From Eledone cirrhosa (taxonomy: Eukaryota), in contig OZ024760.1 of assembly GCA_964016885.1 (NCBI GenBank), positions 32,612,001 to 32,676,000 of the forward strand: a DNA stretch of 64,000 nucleotides, read 5' to 3'. Below are positions 52,501 through 64,000 of this stretch, piece by piece (position 1 is the first letter of the stretch; every line of letters starts with the position of its first letter). A program made the translations under genes and the position numbers. Under the pieces are notes generated by a model, which was given only the letters and a program-made list of their open reading frames with translations, did not search any database and was not told the origin of the DNA.

Positions 52501-55149
52501 TTGTGTAGGTCTCAAGACAGAAATCACCCAGTCCACCCTGTACAGTGGTTGTGTAGGTCTCAAGACAGAAAGAACCCAGTCCACACTGTACAGTGGTTGT
52601 ATAGGTCTCAAGACAGAAACCACCCAGTGCAGCCTGTATAATGGTTGTATAGGTCTCAAGACAGAAAGTGCCCAGCCCACCCTGTACAGTGGTCGTGTAG
52701 GTCTCAAGACAGAAAGCACCCAGTCCACCCTGTACAGTGGTTGTGTAGGTCTCAAGACAGAAAGTGCCCAGTCCACCCTGTACAGTGGTTGTGTAGGTCT
52801 CAAGACAGAAATCACCCAGTCTACCCTGTACAGTGGTTGTGTTGGTCTCAAGACAGAAAAAACCCAGTCCACACTGTACAGTGGTTGTGTAGGTCTCAAG
52901 ACAGAAAGCACCCAGTCCACCCTGTACAGTGGTTGTGTAGGTCTCAAGACAGAAAGTGCCCAGTCCACCCTGTACAGTGGTTGTGTATGTCTCAAGACAG
53001 AAAGCACCCAGTCCACCCTTTACAGTGGTTGTGTAGGTCTCAAGACAGAAAGCACCCAGTCCATCATGTACAGTGGTTGTGTAGGTCTCAAGACAGAAAT
53101 AACCCAGTCCACCCTGTACAGTGGTTGTGTAGGTGTGAAGACAGAAAGCACCCAGTCCACAGTGTACAGTGGTTGTGTAGGTCTCTAGACAGAATGCACC
53201 CAGTCCACCCTGTACAGTGGTCGTGTAGGTCTCAAGACAGAAAGCACCCAGTCCACCCTGTACAGTGGTTGTGTAGGTCTCGAGACAGAAAGTGCCCAGT
53301 CCACCCTGTACAGTGGTTGTGTAGGTCTCAAGACAGAAAGCACCCAGTCCACCATGTAAAGTGGTTGTGTAGGTCTCAAGACAGAAATAACCCAGTCCAC
53401 CCTGTATAGTGGTTGTGTAGGTGTGAAGACAGAAAGCACCCAGTCCACAGTGTACAATGGTTGTGTAGGTCTCTAGACAGAAAGCACCCAGTCCATCCTG
53501 TACAGTGGTAGTGTAGGTCTCAAGACAGAAAGCACCCAGTCCACCTTGTACAGTGGTTGTGTAGGTCTCAAATCAGAAAGTGCCCAGTCCACCCTGTACA
53601 GTGGTTGTGTAGGTCTCAAGACAGAAATCACCCAGTCCACCCTGTAGAGTGGTTGTGTAGGTCTCAAGACAGAAAGCACCCAGTCCACCCTGTCCAGTGG
53701 TTGTGTAGGTCTCAAGACTGAAAGCACCCAGTCCACACTGTACAGTGGTTGTGTAGATCTCAAGACAGAAATCACCCAGTCCACCCTGTACAGTGGTAGT
53801 GTAGGACTCAAGACAGAAAGCACCCAGTCCACCCTGTACAGTGGTTGTGTAGGTCTCAATTCAGAAAGCACCCAGTCCACCCTGTACAGTGGTTGTGTAG
53901 GTCTCAAGACAGAAAGCACCCCGTGCACACTGTACAGTGGTTGTGTAGGTCTCAAGACAGAAAGCACCCAGTCCACCCTGTACAGTGGTTGTGTAGGTCT
54001 CAAGACAGAAAGCACCCGGTCCACACTGTACAGTTGTTGTGTAGGTCTCAAGACAGAAAGCACCCAGTACACCCTGTACAGTGGTTGTGTAGGTCTCAAG
54101 ACAGAAAGCACCCAGTCCACCCTGTACAGTGGTTGTGTAGGTCTCAAGACAGAAAGAACCCAGTCCACCCTGTACAGTGGTTGTGTAGGTCTCAAGACAG
54201 AAAACACCCAGTCCACCCTGTAGAGTGGTTGTGTAGGTCTCAAGACAGAAAGAACCCAGTCCACACCGTAAAGTGGTTGTGTAGGTCTCAAGACAGAAAG
54301 CACCCAGTCCACACTGTACAGTGGTTGTGTAGGTCTCAAGATAGAAAGCACCCAGTCCACCCTGTACAGTGGTTGTGTAGGTCTCAAGACAGAAAGTGCC
54401 CAGTCCACCCTGTACAGTGGTTGTGTAGGTCTCAAGACAGAAAGCACCCAGTCTACAGTGTACAGTGGTTGTGTAGGTCTCTAGACAGAAAGCACCCAGT
54501 CCATCCTGTACAGTGGTTGTGTAGGTCTCAAGACAGAAATCACCCAGTCCACCCAGTACAGTGGTTGTGTAGGTCTAGAGACAGAAAGCACCCAGTCCAC
54601 CCTGTACAGTGATTATGTAGGTCTCAAGACAGAAAGCACCCAGTCCACCCTGTACAGTAGTTGTGTAGGTGTCAAGACAGAAAGCACACAGTCCACAGTG
54701 TACAGTGGTTGTGTAGGTCTCTAGACAGAAAGCACCCAGTCCATCCTGTACAGTGGTCGTGTAGGTCTCAAGACAGAAATCACCCAGTCCACCCTGTACA
54801 GTGGTTGTGTAGGTCTCAAGACAGAAACCACCCAGTCCACCCTGTACAGTGGTTGTGTAGGTCTCAAGACAGAAAGCACCCAGTCCACCCTGTACAGTGG
54901 TTGTGTAGGTGTCAAGACAGAAAGCACCCAGTCCACAGTGTACAGTGGTTGTGTACGTCTCTAGACAGAAAGCACCAAGTCCATCCTGTACAGTGGTTGT
55001 GTAGGTCTCAAGACAGAAAGAACCCAGTCCACCCTGTACAGTGATTGTGTAGGTCTCAAGACAGAAAACACCCAGTCCACACTGTACAGTGGTTGTGTAG
55101 GTCTCAAGACAGAAAGCACCCAGTCCACCCTGTAGAGTGGTTGTGTAGG

Positions 55150-58100
55150 TCTCAAGACAGAAAGAACCCAGTCCACACCGTAAAGTGGTTGTGTAGGTCT
55201 CAAGACAGAAAGCACCAGTCCACCTTGTACAGTGGTTGTGTAGGTCTCAAGACAGAAATCACCCAGTCCATCCTGTACAGTGGTTGTGTAGGTCTCAAGA
55301 CAGAAATCACCCAGTCCTCCCTGTATAGTGGTTGTGTAGGTCTCAAGACAGAAAGCACCCAGTCCATCCTGTACAGTGGTTGTGTAGGTCTCAAGACAGA
55401 AAGCACCCGGTCCACACTGTACAGTGGTTGTGTAGGTCTCAAGACAGAAAGCACCCAGTCCTCCCTGTACAGTGGTTGTGTAGGTCTCAAGACAGAAAGC
55501 ACCCAGTCCACCCAGTACAGTGGTTGTGTAGGTCTCAAGACGGAAAGCACCCAGTCCACCCTGTACAGTGGTTGTGTATGTCTCAAGACAGAAAGTGCCC
55601 AGTCCACCCTTTACAGTGGTTGTGTAGGTCTCAATACAGAAATCAACCAGTCCACCCTGTACAGTGGTTGTGTAGGTCTCAAGACAGAAAGCACCCAGTA
55701 CACCCTGTACAGTGGTTGTGTAGGTCTCAAGACAGAAAGAACCCAGTCCACACTGTACAGTGGTTGTGTAGGTCTCAAGACAGAAATCACCCAGTCCACC
55801 CTGTACAGTGGTTGTGTAGGTCTCAAGACAGAAAGCACCCAGTCCACCCTGTACAGTGGTTGTGTAGGTCTCAAGACAGAAAGAACCCAGTCCACCCTGT
55901 ACAGTGGTTGTGTAGGTCTCAAGACAGAAAGAACCCAGTCCACCCTGTACAGTGGTTGTGTAGGTCTCAAGACAGAAAGAACCCAGTCCACACTGTACAA
56001 TGGTTGTATAGGTCTCAAGACAGAAAGTGCCCAGCCCACCCTGTACACTGGTCGTGTAGGTTTCAAGACAGAAAGCACCCAGTCCACCCTGTACAGTGGT
56101 TGTGTAGGTCTCAAGACAGAAAGTGCCCAGTCCACCCTGTACAGTGGTTGTGTAGGTCTCAAGACAGAAATCACCCAGTCCACCCTGTACAGTGGTTGTA
56201 TTGGTCTCAAGACAGAAAAAACCCAGTCCACACTGTACAGTGGTTGTGTAGGTCTCAAGACAGAAAGCACCCAGTCCACCCTGTTCAGTGGTTGTGTAGG
56301 TCTCAAGACAGAAAGTGCCCAGTCCACCCTGTACAGTGGTTGTGTAGGTCTCAAGACAGAAAGCACCCAGTCCACCCTGTACAGTGGTTGTGTAGGTCTC
56401 AAGACAGAAAGCACCCAGTCCACCCTGTACAGTAGTTGTGTAGGTCTCAAGACAGAAAGAACCCAGTCCACACTGAACAGTGGTTGTGTAGGTCTCAAGA
56501 CAGAATGCACCCAGTCCACCCTGTACAGTGGTCGTGTAGGTCTCAAGACAGAAAGCACCCAGTCCACCATGTACAGTGGTTGTGTAGGTCTCAAGACAGA
56601 AATAACCCAGTCCACCCTGTACAGTGGTTGTGTAGGTGTGAAGACAGAAAGCACCCAGTCCACAGTGTACAGTGGTTGTGTAGGTCTCTAGACAGAATGC
56701 ACCCAGTCCACCCTGTACAGTGGTCGTGTAGGTCTCAAGACAGAAAGCACCCAGTCCACCCTGTACAGTGGTTGTGTAGGTCTCGAGACAGAAAGTGCCC
56801 AGTCCACCCTGTACAGTGGTTGTGTAGGTCTCAAGACAGAAAGCACCCAGTCCACCATGTACAGTGGTTGTGTAGGTCTCAAGACAGAAATAACCCAGTC
56901 CACCCTGTACAGTGGTTGTGTAGGTGTGAAGACAGAAAGCACCCAGTCCACAGTGTACAATGGTTGTGTAGGTCTCTAGACAGAAAGCACCCAGTCCATC
57001 CTGTACAGTGGTAGTGTAGGTCTCAAGACAGAAAGCACCCAGTCCACCTTGTACAGTGGTTGTGTAGGTCTCAAAACAGAAAGTGCCCAGTCCACCCTGT
57101 ACAGTGGTTGTGTAGGTCTCAAGACAGAAATCACCCAGTCCACCCTGTAGAGTGGTTGTGTAGGTCTCAAGACAGAAAGCACCCAGTCCACCCTGTCCAG
57201 TGGTTGTGTAGGTCTCAAGACAGAAAGCACCCAGTCCACACTGTACAGTGGTTGTGTAGATCTCAAGACAGAAATCACCCAGTCCACCCTGTACAGTGGT
57301 AGTGTAGGACTCAAGACAGAAAGCACCCAGTCCATACTGTACAGTGGTTGTGTAGGTCTCAAGACAGAAAGCACCCGGTCCACACTGTACAGTGGTTGTG
57401 TAAATCTCAAGACAGAAAGCACCCAGTCCTCCCTGTACAGTGGTTGTGTAGGTCTCAAGACAGAAAGCACCCAGTCCACCCTGTACAGTGGTTGTGTAGG
57501 TCTCAAGACAGAAAGCACCCGGTCCACACTGTACAGTGGTTGTGTAGGTCTCAAGACAGAACGTGCCCAGTCCAACTTGTACAGTGGTTGTGTATGTCTC
57601 AAGACAGAAAGCACCCAGTCCACCCTGTACAGTGGTTGTGTAGGTCTCAATTCAGAAAGCACCCAGTCCACCCTGTACAGTGGTTGTGTAGGTCTCAAGA
57701 CAGAAAGCACCCCGTGCACACTGTACAGTGGTTGTGTAGGTCTCAAGACAGAAAGCACCCAGTCCACCCTGTACAGTGGTTGTGTAGGTCTCAAGACAGA
57801 AAGCACCCGGTCCACACTGTACAGTGGTTGTGTAGGTCTCAAGACAGAAAGCACCCAGTCCACCCTGTACAGTGGTTGTGTAGGTCTCAAGACAGAAAGC
57901 ACCCAGTCCACCCTGTACAGTGGTTGTGTAGGTCTCAAGACAGAAAGAACCCAGTCCACACCGTAAAGTGGTTGTGTAGGTCTCAAGACAGAAAGCACCA
58001 GTCCACCTTGTACAGTGGTTGTGTAGGTCTCAAGACAGAAATCACCCAGTCCATCCTGTACAGTGGTTGTGTAGGTCTCAAGACAGAAATCACCCAGTCC

Positions 58101-61100
58101 TCCCTGTATAGTGGTTGTGTAGGTCTCAAGACAGAAAGCACCCAGTCCATCCTGTACAGTGGTTGTGTAGGTCTCAAGACAGAAAGCACCCGGTCCACAC
58201 TGTACAGTGGTTGTGTAGGTCTCAAGACAGAAAGCACCCAGTCCTCCCTGTACAGTGGTTGTGTAGGTCTCAAGACAGAAAGCACCCAGTCCACCCAGTA
58301 CAGTGGTTGTGTAGGTCTCAAGACGGAAAGCACCCAGTCCACCCTGTACAGTGGTTGTGTATGTCTCAAGACAGAAAGTGCCCAGTCCACCCTTTACAGT
58401 GGTTGTGTAGGTCTCAATACAGAAATCAACCAGTCCACCCTGTACAGTGGTTGTGTAGGTCTCAAGACAGAAAGCACCCAGTACACCCTGTACAGTGGTT
58501 GTGTAGGTCTCAAGACAGAAAGAACCCAGTCCACACTGTACAGTGGTTGTGTAGGTCTCAAGACAGAAATCACCCAGTCCACCCTGTACAGTGGTTGTGT
58601 AGGTCTCAAGACAGAAAGCACCCAGTCCACCCTGTACAGTGGTTGTGTAGGTCTCAAGACAGAAAGAACCCAGTCCACCCTGTACAGTGGTTGTGTAGGT
58701 CTCAAGACAGAAAGAACCCAGTCCACCCTGTACAGTGGTTGTGTAGGTCTCAAGACAGAAAGAACCCAGTCCACACTGTACAATGGTTGTATAGGTCTCA
58801 AGACAGAAAGTGCCCAGCCCACCCTGTACACTGGTCGTGTAGGTTTCAAGACAGAAAGCACCCAGTCCACCCTGTACAGTGGTTGTGTAGGTCTCAAGAC
58901 AGAAAGTGCCCAGTCCACCCTGTACAGTGGTTGTGTAGGTCTCAAGACAGAAATCACCCAGTCCACCCTGTACAGTGGTTGTGTTGGTCTCAAGACAGAA
59001 AAAACCCAGTCCACACTGTACAGTGGTTGTGTAGGTCTCAAGACAGAAAGCACCCAGTCCACCCTGTACAGTGGTTGTGTAGGTCTCAAGACAGAAAGTG
59101 CCCAGTCCACCCTGTACAGTGGTTGTGTAGGTCTCAAGACAGAAAGCACCCAGTCCACCCTGTACAGTGGTTGTGTAGGTCTCAAGACAGAAAGCACCCA
59201 GTCCACCCTGTACAGTAGTTGTGTAGGTCTCAAGACAGAAAGAACCCAGTCCACACTGAACAGTGGTTGTGTAGGTCTCAAGACAGAATGCACCCAGTCC
59301 ACCCTGTACAGTGGTCGTGTAGGTCTCAAGACAGAAAGCACCCAGTCCACCCTGTACAGTGGTTGTGTAGGTCTCGAGACAGAAAGTGCCCAGTCCACCC
59401 TGTACAGTGGTTGCGTAGGTCTCAAGACAGAAAGCACCCAGTCCACCATGTACAGTGGTTGTGTAGGTCTCAAGACAGAAATAACCCAGTCCACCCTGTA
59501 CAGTGGTTGTGTAGGTGTGAAGACAGAAAGCACCCAGTCCACAGTGTACAGTGGTTGTGTAGGTCTCTAGACAGAATGCACCCAGTCCACCCTGTACAGT
59601 GGTCGTGTAGGTCTCAAGACAGAAAGCACCCAGTCCACCCTGTACAGTGGTTGTGTAGGTCTCGAGACAGAAAGTGCCCAGTCCACCCTGTACAGTGGTT
59701 GTGTAGGTCTCAAGACAGAAAGCACCCAGTCCACCATGTACAGTGGTTGTGTAGGTCTCAAGACAGAAATAACCCAGTCCACCCTGTACAGTGGTTGTGT
59801 AGGTGTGAAGACAGAAAGCACCCAGTCCACAGTGTACAGTGGTTGTGTAGGTCTCTAGACAGAATGCACCCAGTCCACCCTGTACAGTGGTCGTGTAGGT
59901 CTCAAGACAGAAAGCACCCAGTCCACCCTGTACAGTGGTTGTGTAGGTCTCGAGACAGAAAGTGCCCAGTCCACCATGTACAGTGGTTGTGTAGGTCTCA
60001 AGACAGAAATAACCCAGTTCACCCTGTACAGTGGTTGTGTAGGTGTGAAGACAGAAAGCACCCAGTCCACAGTGTACAATGGTTGTGTAGGTCTCTAGAC
60101 AGAAAGCACCCAGTCCATCCTGTACAGTGGTAGTGTAGGTCTCAAGACAGAAAGCACCCAGTCCACCTTGTACAGTGGTTGTGTAGGTCTCAAAACAGAA
60201 AGTGCCCAGTCCACCCTGTACAGTGGTTGTGTAGGTCTCAAGACAGAAATCACCCAGTCCACCCTGTAGAGTGGTTGTGTAGGTCTCAAGACAGAAAGCA
60301 CCCAGTCCACCCTGTCCAGTGGTTGTGTAGGTCTCAAGACAGAAAGCACCCAGTCCACACTGTACAGTGGTTGTGTAGATCTCAAGACAGAAATCACCCA
60401 GTCCACCCTGTACAGTGGTAGTGTAGGACTCAAGACAGAAAGCACCCAGTCCATCCTGTACAGTGGTTGTGTAGGTCTCAAGACAGAAAGCACCCGGTCC
60501 ACACTGTACAGTGGTTGTGTAAATCTCAAGACAGAAAGCACCCAGTCCTCCCTGTACAGTGGTTGTGTAGGTCTCAAGACAGAAAGCACCCAGTCCACCC
60601 TGTACAGTGGTTGTGTAGGTCTCAAGACAGAAAGCACCCGGTCCACACTGTACAGTGGTTGCGTAGGTCTCAAGACAGAACGTGCCCAGTCCAACTTGTA
60701 CAGTGGTTGTGTATGTCTCAAGACAGAAAGCACCCAGTCCACCCTGTACAGTGGTTGTGTAGGTCTCAATTCAGAAAGCACCCAGTCCACCCTGTACAGT
60801 GGTTGTGTAGGTCTCAAGACAGAAAGCACCCCGTGCACACTGTACAGTGGTTGTGTAGGTCTCAAGACAGAAAGCACCCAGTCCACCCTGTACAGTGGTT
60901 GTGTAGGTCTCAAGACAGAAAGCACCCGGACACACTGTACAGTGGTTGTGTAGGTCTCAAGACAGAAAGCACCCAGTCCACCCTGTACAGTGGTTGTGTA
61001 GGTCTCAAGACAGAAAGCACCCAGTCCACCCTGTACAGTGGTTGTGTAGGTCTCAAGACAGAAAGAACCCAGTCTACCCTGTACAGTGGTTGTGTAGGTC

Positions 61101-64000
61101 TCAAGACAGAAAACACCCAGTCCACACTGTACAGTGGTTGTGTAGGTCTCAAGACAGAAAGCACCCAGTCCACCCTGTAGAGTGGTTGTGTAGGTCTCAA
61201 GACAGAAAGAACCCAGTCCACACCGTAAAGTGGTTGTGTAGGTCTCAAGACAGAAAGCACCCAGTCCACACTGTACAGTGGTTGTGTAGGTCTCAAGATA
61301 GAAAGCACCCAGTCCACCCTGTACAGTGGTTGTGTAGGTCTCAAGACAGAAAGTGCCCAGTCCACCCTGTACAGTGGTTGTGTAGGTCTCAAGACAGAAA
61401 GCACCCAGTCTACAGTGTACAGTGGTTGTGTAGGTCTCTAGACAGAAAGCACCCAGTCCATCCTGTACAGTGGTTGTGTAGGTCTCAAGACAGAAATCAC
61501 CCAGTCCACCCAGTACAGTGGTTGTGTAGGTCTAGAGACAGAAAGCACCCAGTCCACCCTGTACAGTGGTTATGTAGGTCTCAAGACAGAAAGCACCCAG
61601 TCCACCCTGTACAGTAGTTGTGTAGGTGTCAAGACAGAAAGCACACAGTCCACAGTGTACAGTGGTTGTGTAGGTCTCTAGACAGAAAGCACCAAGTCCA
61701 TCCTGTACAGTGGTCGTGTAGGTCTCAAGACAGAAATCACCCAGTCCACCCTGTACAGTGGTTGTGTAGGTCTCAAGACAGAAAGCACCCAGTCCACCCT
61801 GTACAGTGGTTGTGTAGGTCTCAAGACAGAAAGCACCCAGTCCACCCTGTACAGTGGTTGTGTAGGTGTCAAGACAGAAAGCACCCAGTCCACAGTGTAC
61901 AGTGGTTGTGTAGGTCTCAAGACAGAAAGCACCCAGTCCATCCTGTACAGTGGTTCTGTAGGTCTCAAGACAGAAAGCACCCGGTCCACACTGTACAGTG
62001 GTTGTGTAGGTCTCAAGACAGAAAGCACCCAGTCCTCCCTGTACAGTGGTTGTGTAGGTCTCAAGACAGAAAGCACCCAGTCCACCCAGTACAGTGGTTG
62101 TGTAGGTCTCAAGACGGAAAGCACCCAGTCCACCCTGTACAGTGGTTGTGTATGTCTCAAGACAGAAAGTGCCCAGTCCACCCTTTACAGTGGTTGTGTA
62201 GGTCTCAATACAGAAATCAACCAGTCCACCCTGTACAGTGGTTGTGTAGGTCTCAAGACAGAAAGCACCCAGTACACCCTGTACAGTGGTTGTGTAGGTC
62301 TCAAGACAGAAAGAACCCAGTCCACACTGTACAGTGGTTGTGTAGGTCTCAAGACAGAAATCACCCAGTCCACCCTGTACAGTGGTTGTGTAGGTCTCAA
62401 GACAGAAAGCACCCAGTCCACCCTGTACAGTGGTTGTGTAGGTCTCAAGACAGAAAGAACCCAGTCCACCATGTACAGTGGTTGTGTAGGTCTCAAGACA
62501 GAAATAACCCAGTCCACCCTGTACAGTGGTTGTGTAGGTGTGAAGACAGAAAGCACCCAGTCCACAGTGTACAATGGTTGTGTAGGTCTCTAGACAGAAA
62601 GCACCCAGTCCATCCTGTACAGTGGTAGTGTAGGTCTCAAGACAGAAAGCACCCAGTCCACCTTGTACAGTGGTTGTGTAGGTCTCAAAACAGAAAGTGC
62701 CCAGTCCACCCTGTACAGTGGTTGTGTAGGTCTCAAGACAGAAATCACCCAGTCCACCCTGTAGAGTGGTTGTGTAGGTCTCAAGACAGAAAGCACCCAG
62801 TCCACCCTGTCCAGTGGTTGTGTAGGTCTCAAGACAGAAAGCACCCAGTCCACACTGTACAGTGGTTGTGTAGATCTCAAGACAGAAATCACCCAGTCCA
62901 CCCTGTACAGTGGTAGTGTAGGACTCAAGACAGAAAGCACCCAGTCCATACTGTACAGTGGTTGTGTACGTCTCAAGACAGAAAGCACCCGGTCCACACT
63001 GTACAGTGGTTGTGTAAATCTCAAGACAGAAAGCACCCAGTCCTCCCTGTACAGTGGTTGTGTAGGTCTCAAGACAGAAAGCACCCAGTCCACCCTGTAC
63101 AGTGGTTGTGTAAGTCTCAAGACAGAAAGCACCCGGTCCACACTGTACAGTGGTTGTGTAGGTCTCAAGACAGAACGTGCCCAGTCCAACTTGTACAGTG
63201 GTTGTGTATGTCTCAAGACAGAAAGCACCCAGTCCACCCTGTACAGTGGTTGTGTAGGTCTCAATTCAGAAAGCACCCAGTCCACCCTGTACAGTGGTTG
63301 TGTAGGTCTCAAGACAGAAAGCACCCCGTGCACACTGTACAGTGGTTGTGTAGGTCTCAAGACAGAAAGCACCCAGTCCACCCTGTACAGTGGTTGTGTA
63401 GGTCTCAAGACAGAAAGCACCCGGTCCACACTGTACAGTGGTTGTGTAGGTCTCAAGACAGAAAGCACCCAGTCCACCCTGTACAGTGGTTGTGTAGGTC
63501 TCAAGACAGAAAGCACCCAGTCCACCCTGTACAGTGGTTGTGTAGGTCTCAAGACAGAAAGAACCCAGTCCACACCGTAAAGTGGTTGTGTAGGTCTCAA
63601 GACAGAAAGCACCAGTCCACCTTGTACAGTGGTTGTGTAGGTCTCAAGACAGAAATCACCCAGTCCATCCTGTACAGTGGTTGTGTAGGTCTCAAGACAG
63701 AAATCACCCAGTCCTCCCTGTATAGTGGTTGTGTAGGTCTCAAGACAGAAAGCACCCAGTCCATCCTGTACAGTGGTTGTGTAGGTCTCAAGACAGAAAG
63801 CACCCGGTCCACACTGTACAGTGGTTGTGTAGGTCTCAAGACAGAAAGCACCCAGTCCTCCCTGTACAGTGGTTGTGTAGGTCTCAAGACAGAAAGCACC
63901 CAGTCCACCCAGTACAGTGGTTGTGTAGGTCTCAAGACGGAAAGCACCCAGTCCACCCTGTACAGTGGTTGTGTATGTCTCAAGACAGAAAGTGCCCAGT
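55150..64000 (+). repeat. Patchwork of related higher-order units, offsets 2783, 3119 and 5614 bp, with a 288-bp (6-monomer) sub-repeat
   Basis: ORF pairs 55200/57983 and 55332/58115 (+2783); 56976/60095 (+3119); 56976/62590, 57060/62674, 57577/63191, 57983/63597 (+5614). The GGTGTGAAG marker lies at ~56636/56924 and ~59515/59803 (+288), then ~60043 (+240). Confidence 0.85.

Larger units (their letters stand above)
28195..53160 (+). repeat. Large near-perfect tandem duplication, period 12474 bp (260 monomers minus 6 bp): ~28195-40668 and ~40669-53160
   Basis: Constant 12474 offset across many ORF pairs (28561/41035, 29834/42308, 30468/42942, 32770/45244, 34557/47031, 35805/48279, 37340/49814, 39068/51542, 40171/52645). 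The 6-bp deficit equals two 2-bp and two 1-bp deletions. Confidence 0.96.
1..64000 (+). repeat. 48-bp tandem satellite array, about 1,330 head-to-tail monomers, running off both ends of the window
   Basis: The consensus AGAAAGCACCCAGTCCACCCTGTACAGTGGTTGTGTAGGTCTCAAGAC recurs every 48 bp from base 1 to the end, usually with 0-3 substitutions per copy. Every ORF in the track is a 16-aa periodic translation of this unit. Orientation is the same throughout. Confidence 0.99.

Noticed and set aside
1-64000. CRISPR array or other repeat-spacer system (conserved ~30-bp part with dyad plus a more variable part)
   Set aside because: The variable part is the same sequence with 1-3 substitutions, not unique spacers. 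There is no leader and no cas gene in the window.
1-64000. Synthetic concatemer or rolling-circle artefact (BsaI site GGTCTC in each monomer)
   Set aside because: Hierarchically inherited variants and nested duplications of graded divergence indicate natural evolution. A 6-bp site in a 48-mer is unremarkable.
1-64000. Tandem tRNA, snRNA, 5S or telomeric repeat
   Set aside because: The unit is too short, with no cloverleaf or recognisable Pol III A/B boxes and no TTAGGG-type G-rich motif.

Overview
The whole 64 kb window is one uninterrupted, head-to-tail tandem array of a 48-bp monomer, consensus AGAAAGCACCCAGTCCACCCTGTACAGTGGTTGTGTAGGTCTCAAGAC, about 1,330 copies. I saw no unique sequence, inversion, transposon insertion, RNA gene or credible protein-coding gene. 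The many long ORFs arise because the monomer length is a multiple of 3 and 4 of its 6 frames are stop-free. It looks like eukaryotic satellite or minisatellite DNA, but I cannot name the family or organism. The informative content is the pattern of monomer variants. These reveal nested higher-order duplications of different ages (periods 288, 336, 528, 720, 2302, 2535, 2783, 3263, 3597, 3599, 5614 and 12474 bp, each an integer number of monomers minus the deletions carried), a recurrent ancestral variant cassette, and deletion-only indels. The most intriguing but speculative observation is that each monomer has the geometry of a V(D)J 23-RSS / Transib-type end: a CAC heptamer (perfect CACAGTG in a recurrent variant), a 24-nt spacer and the nonamer-like ACAGAAAGC. 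All alignments were done by eye and need computational confirmation.
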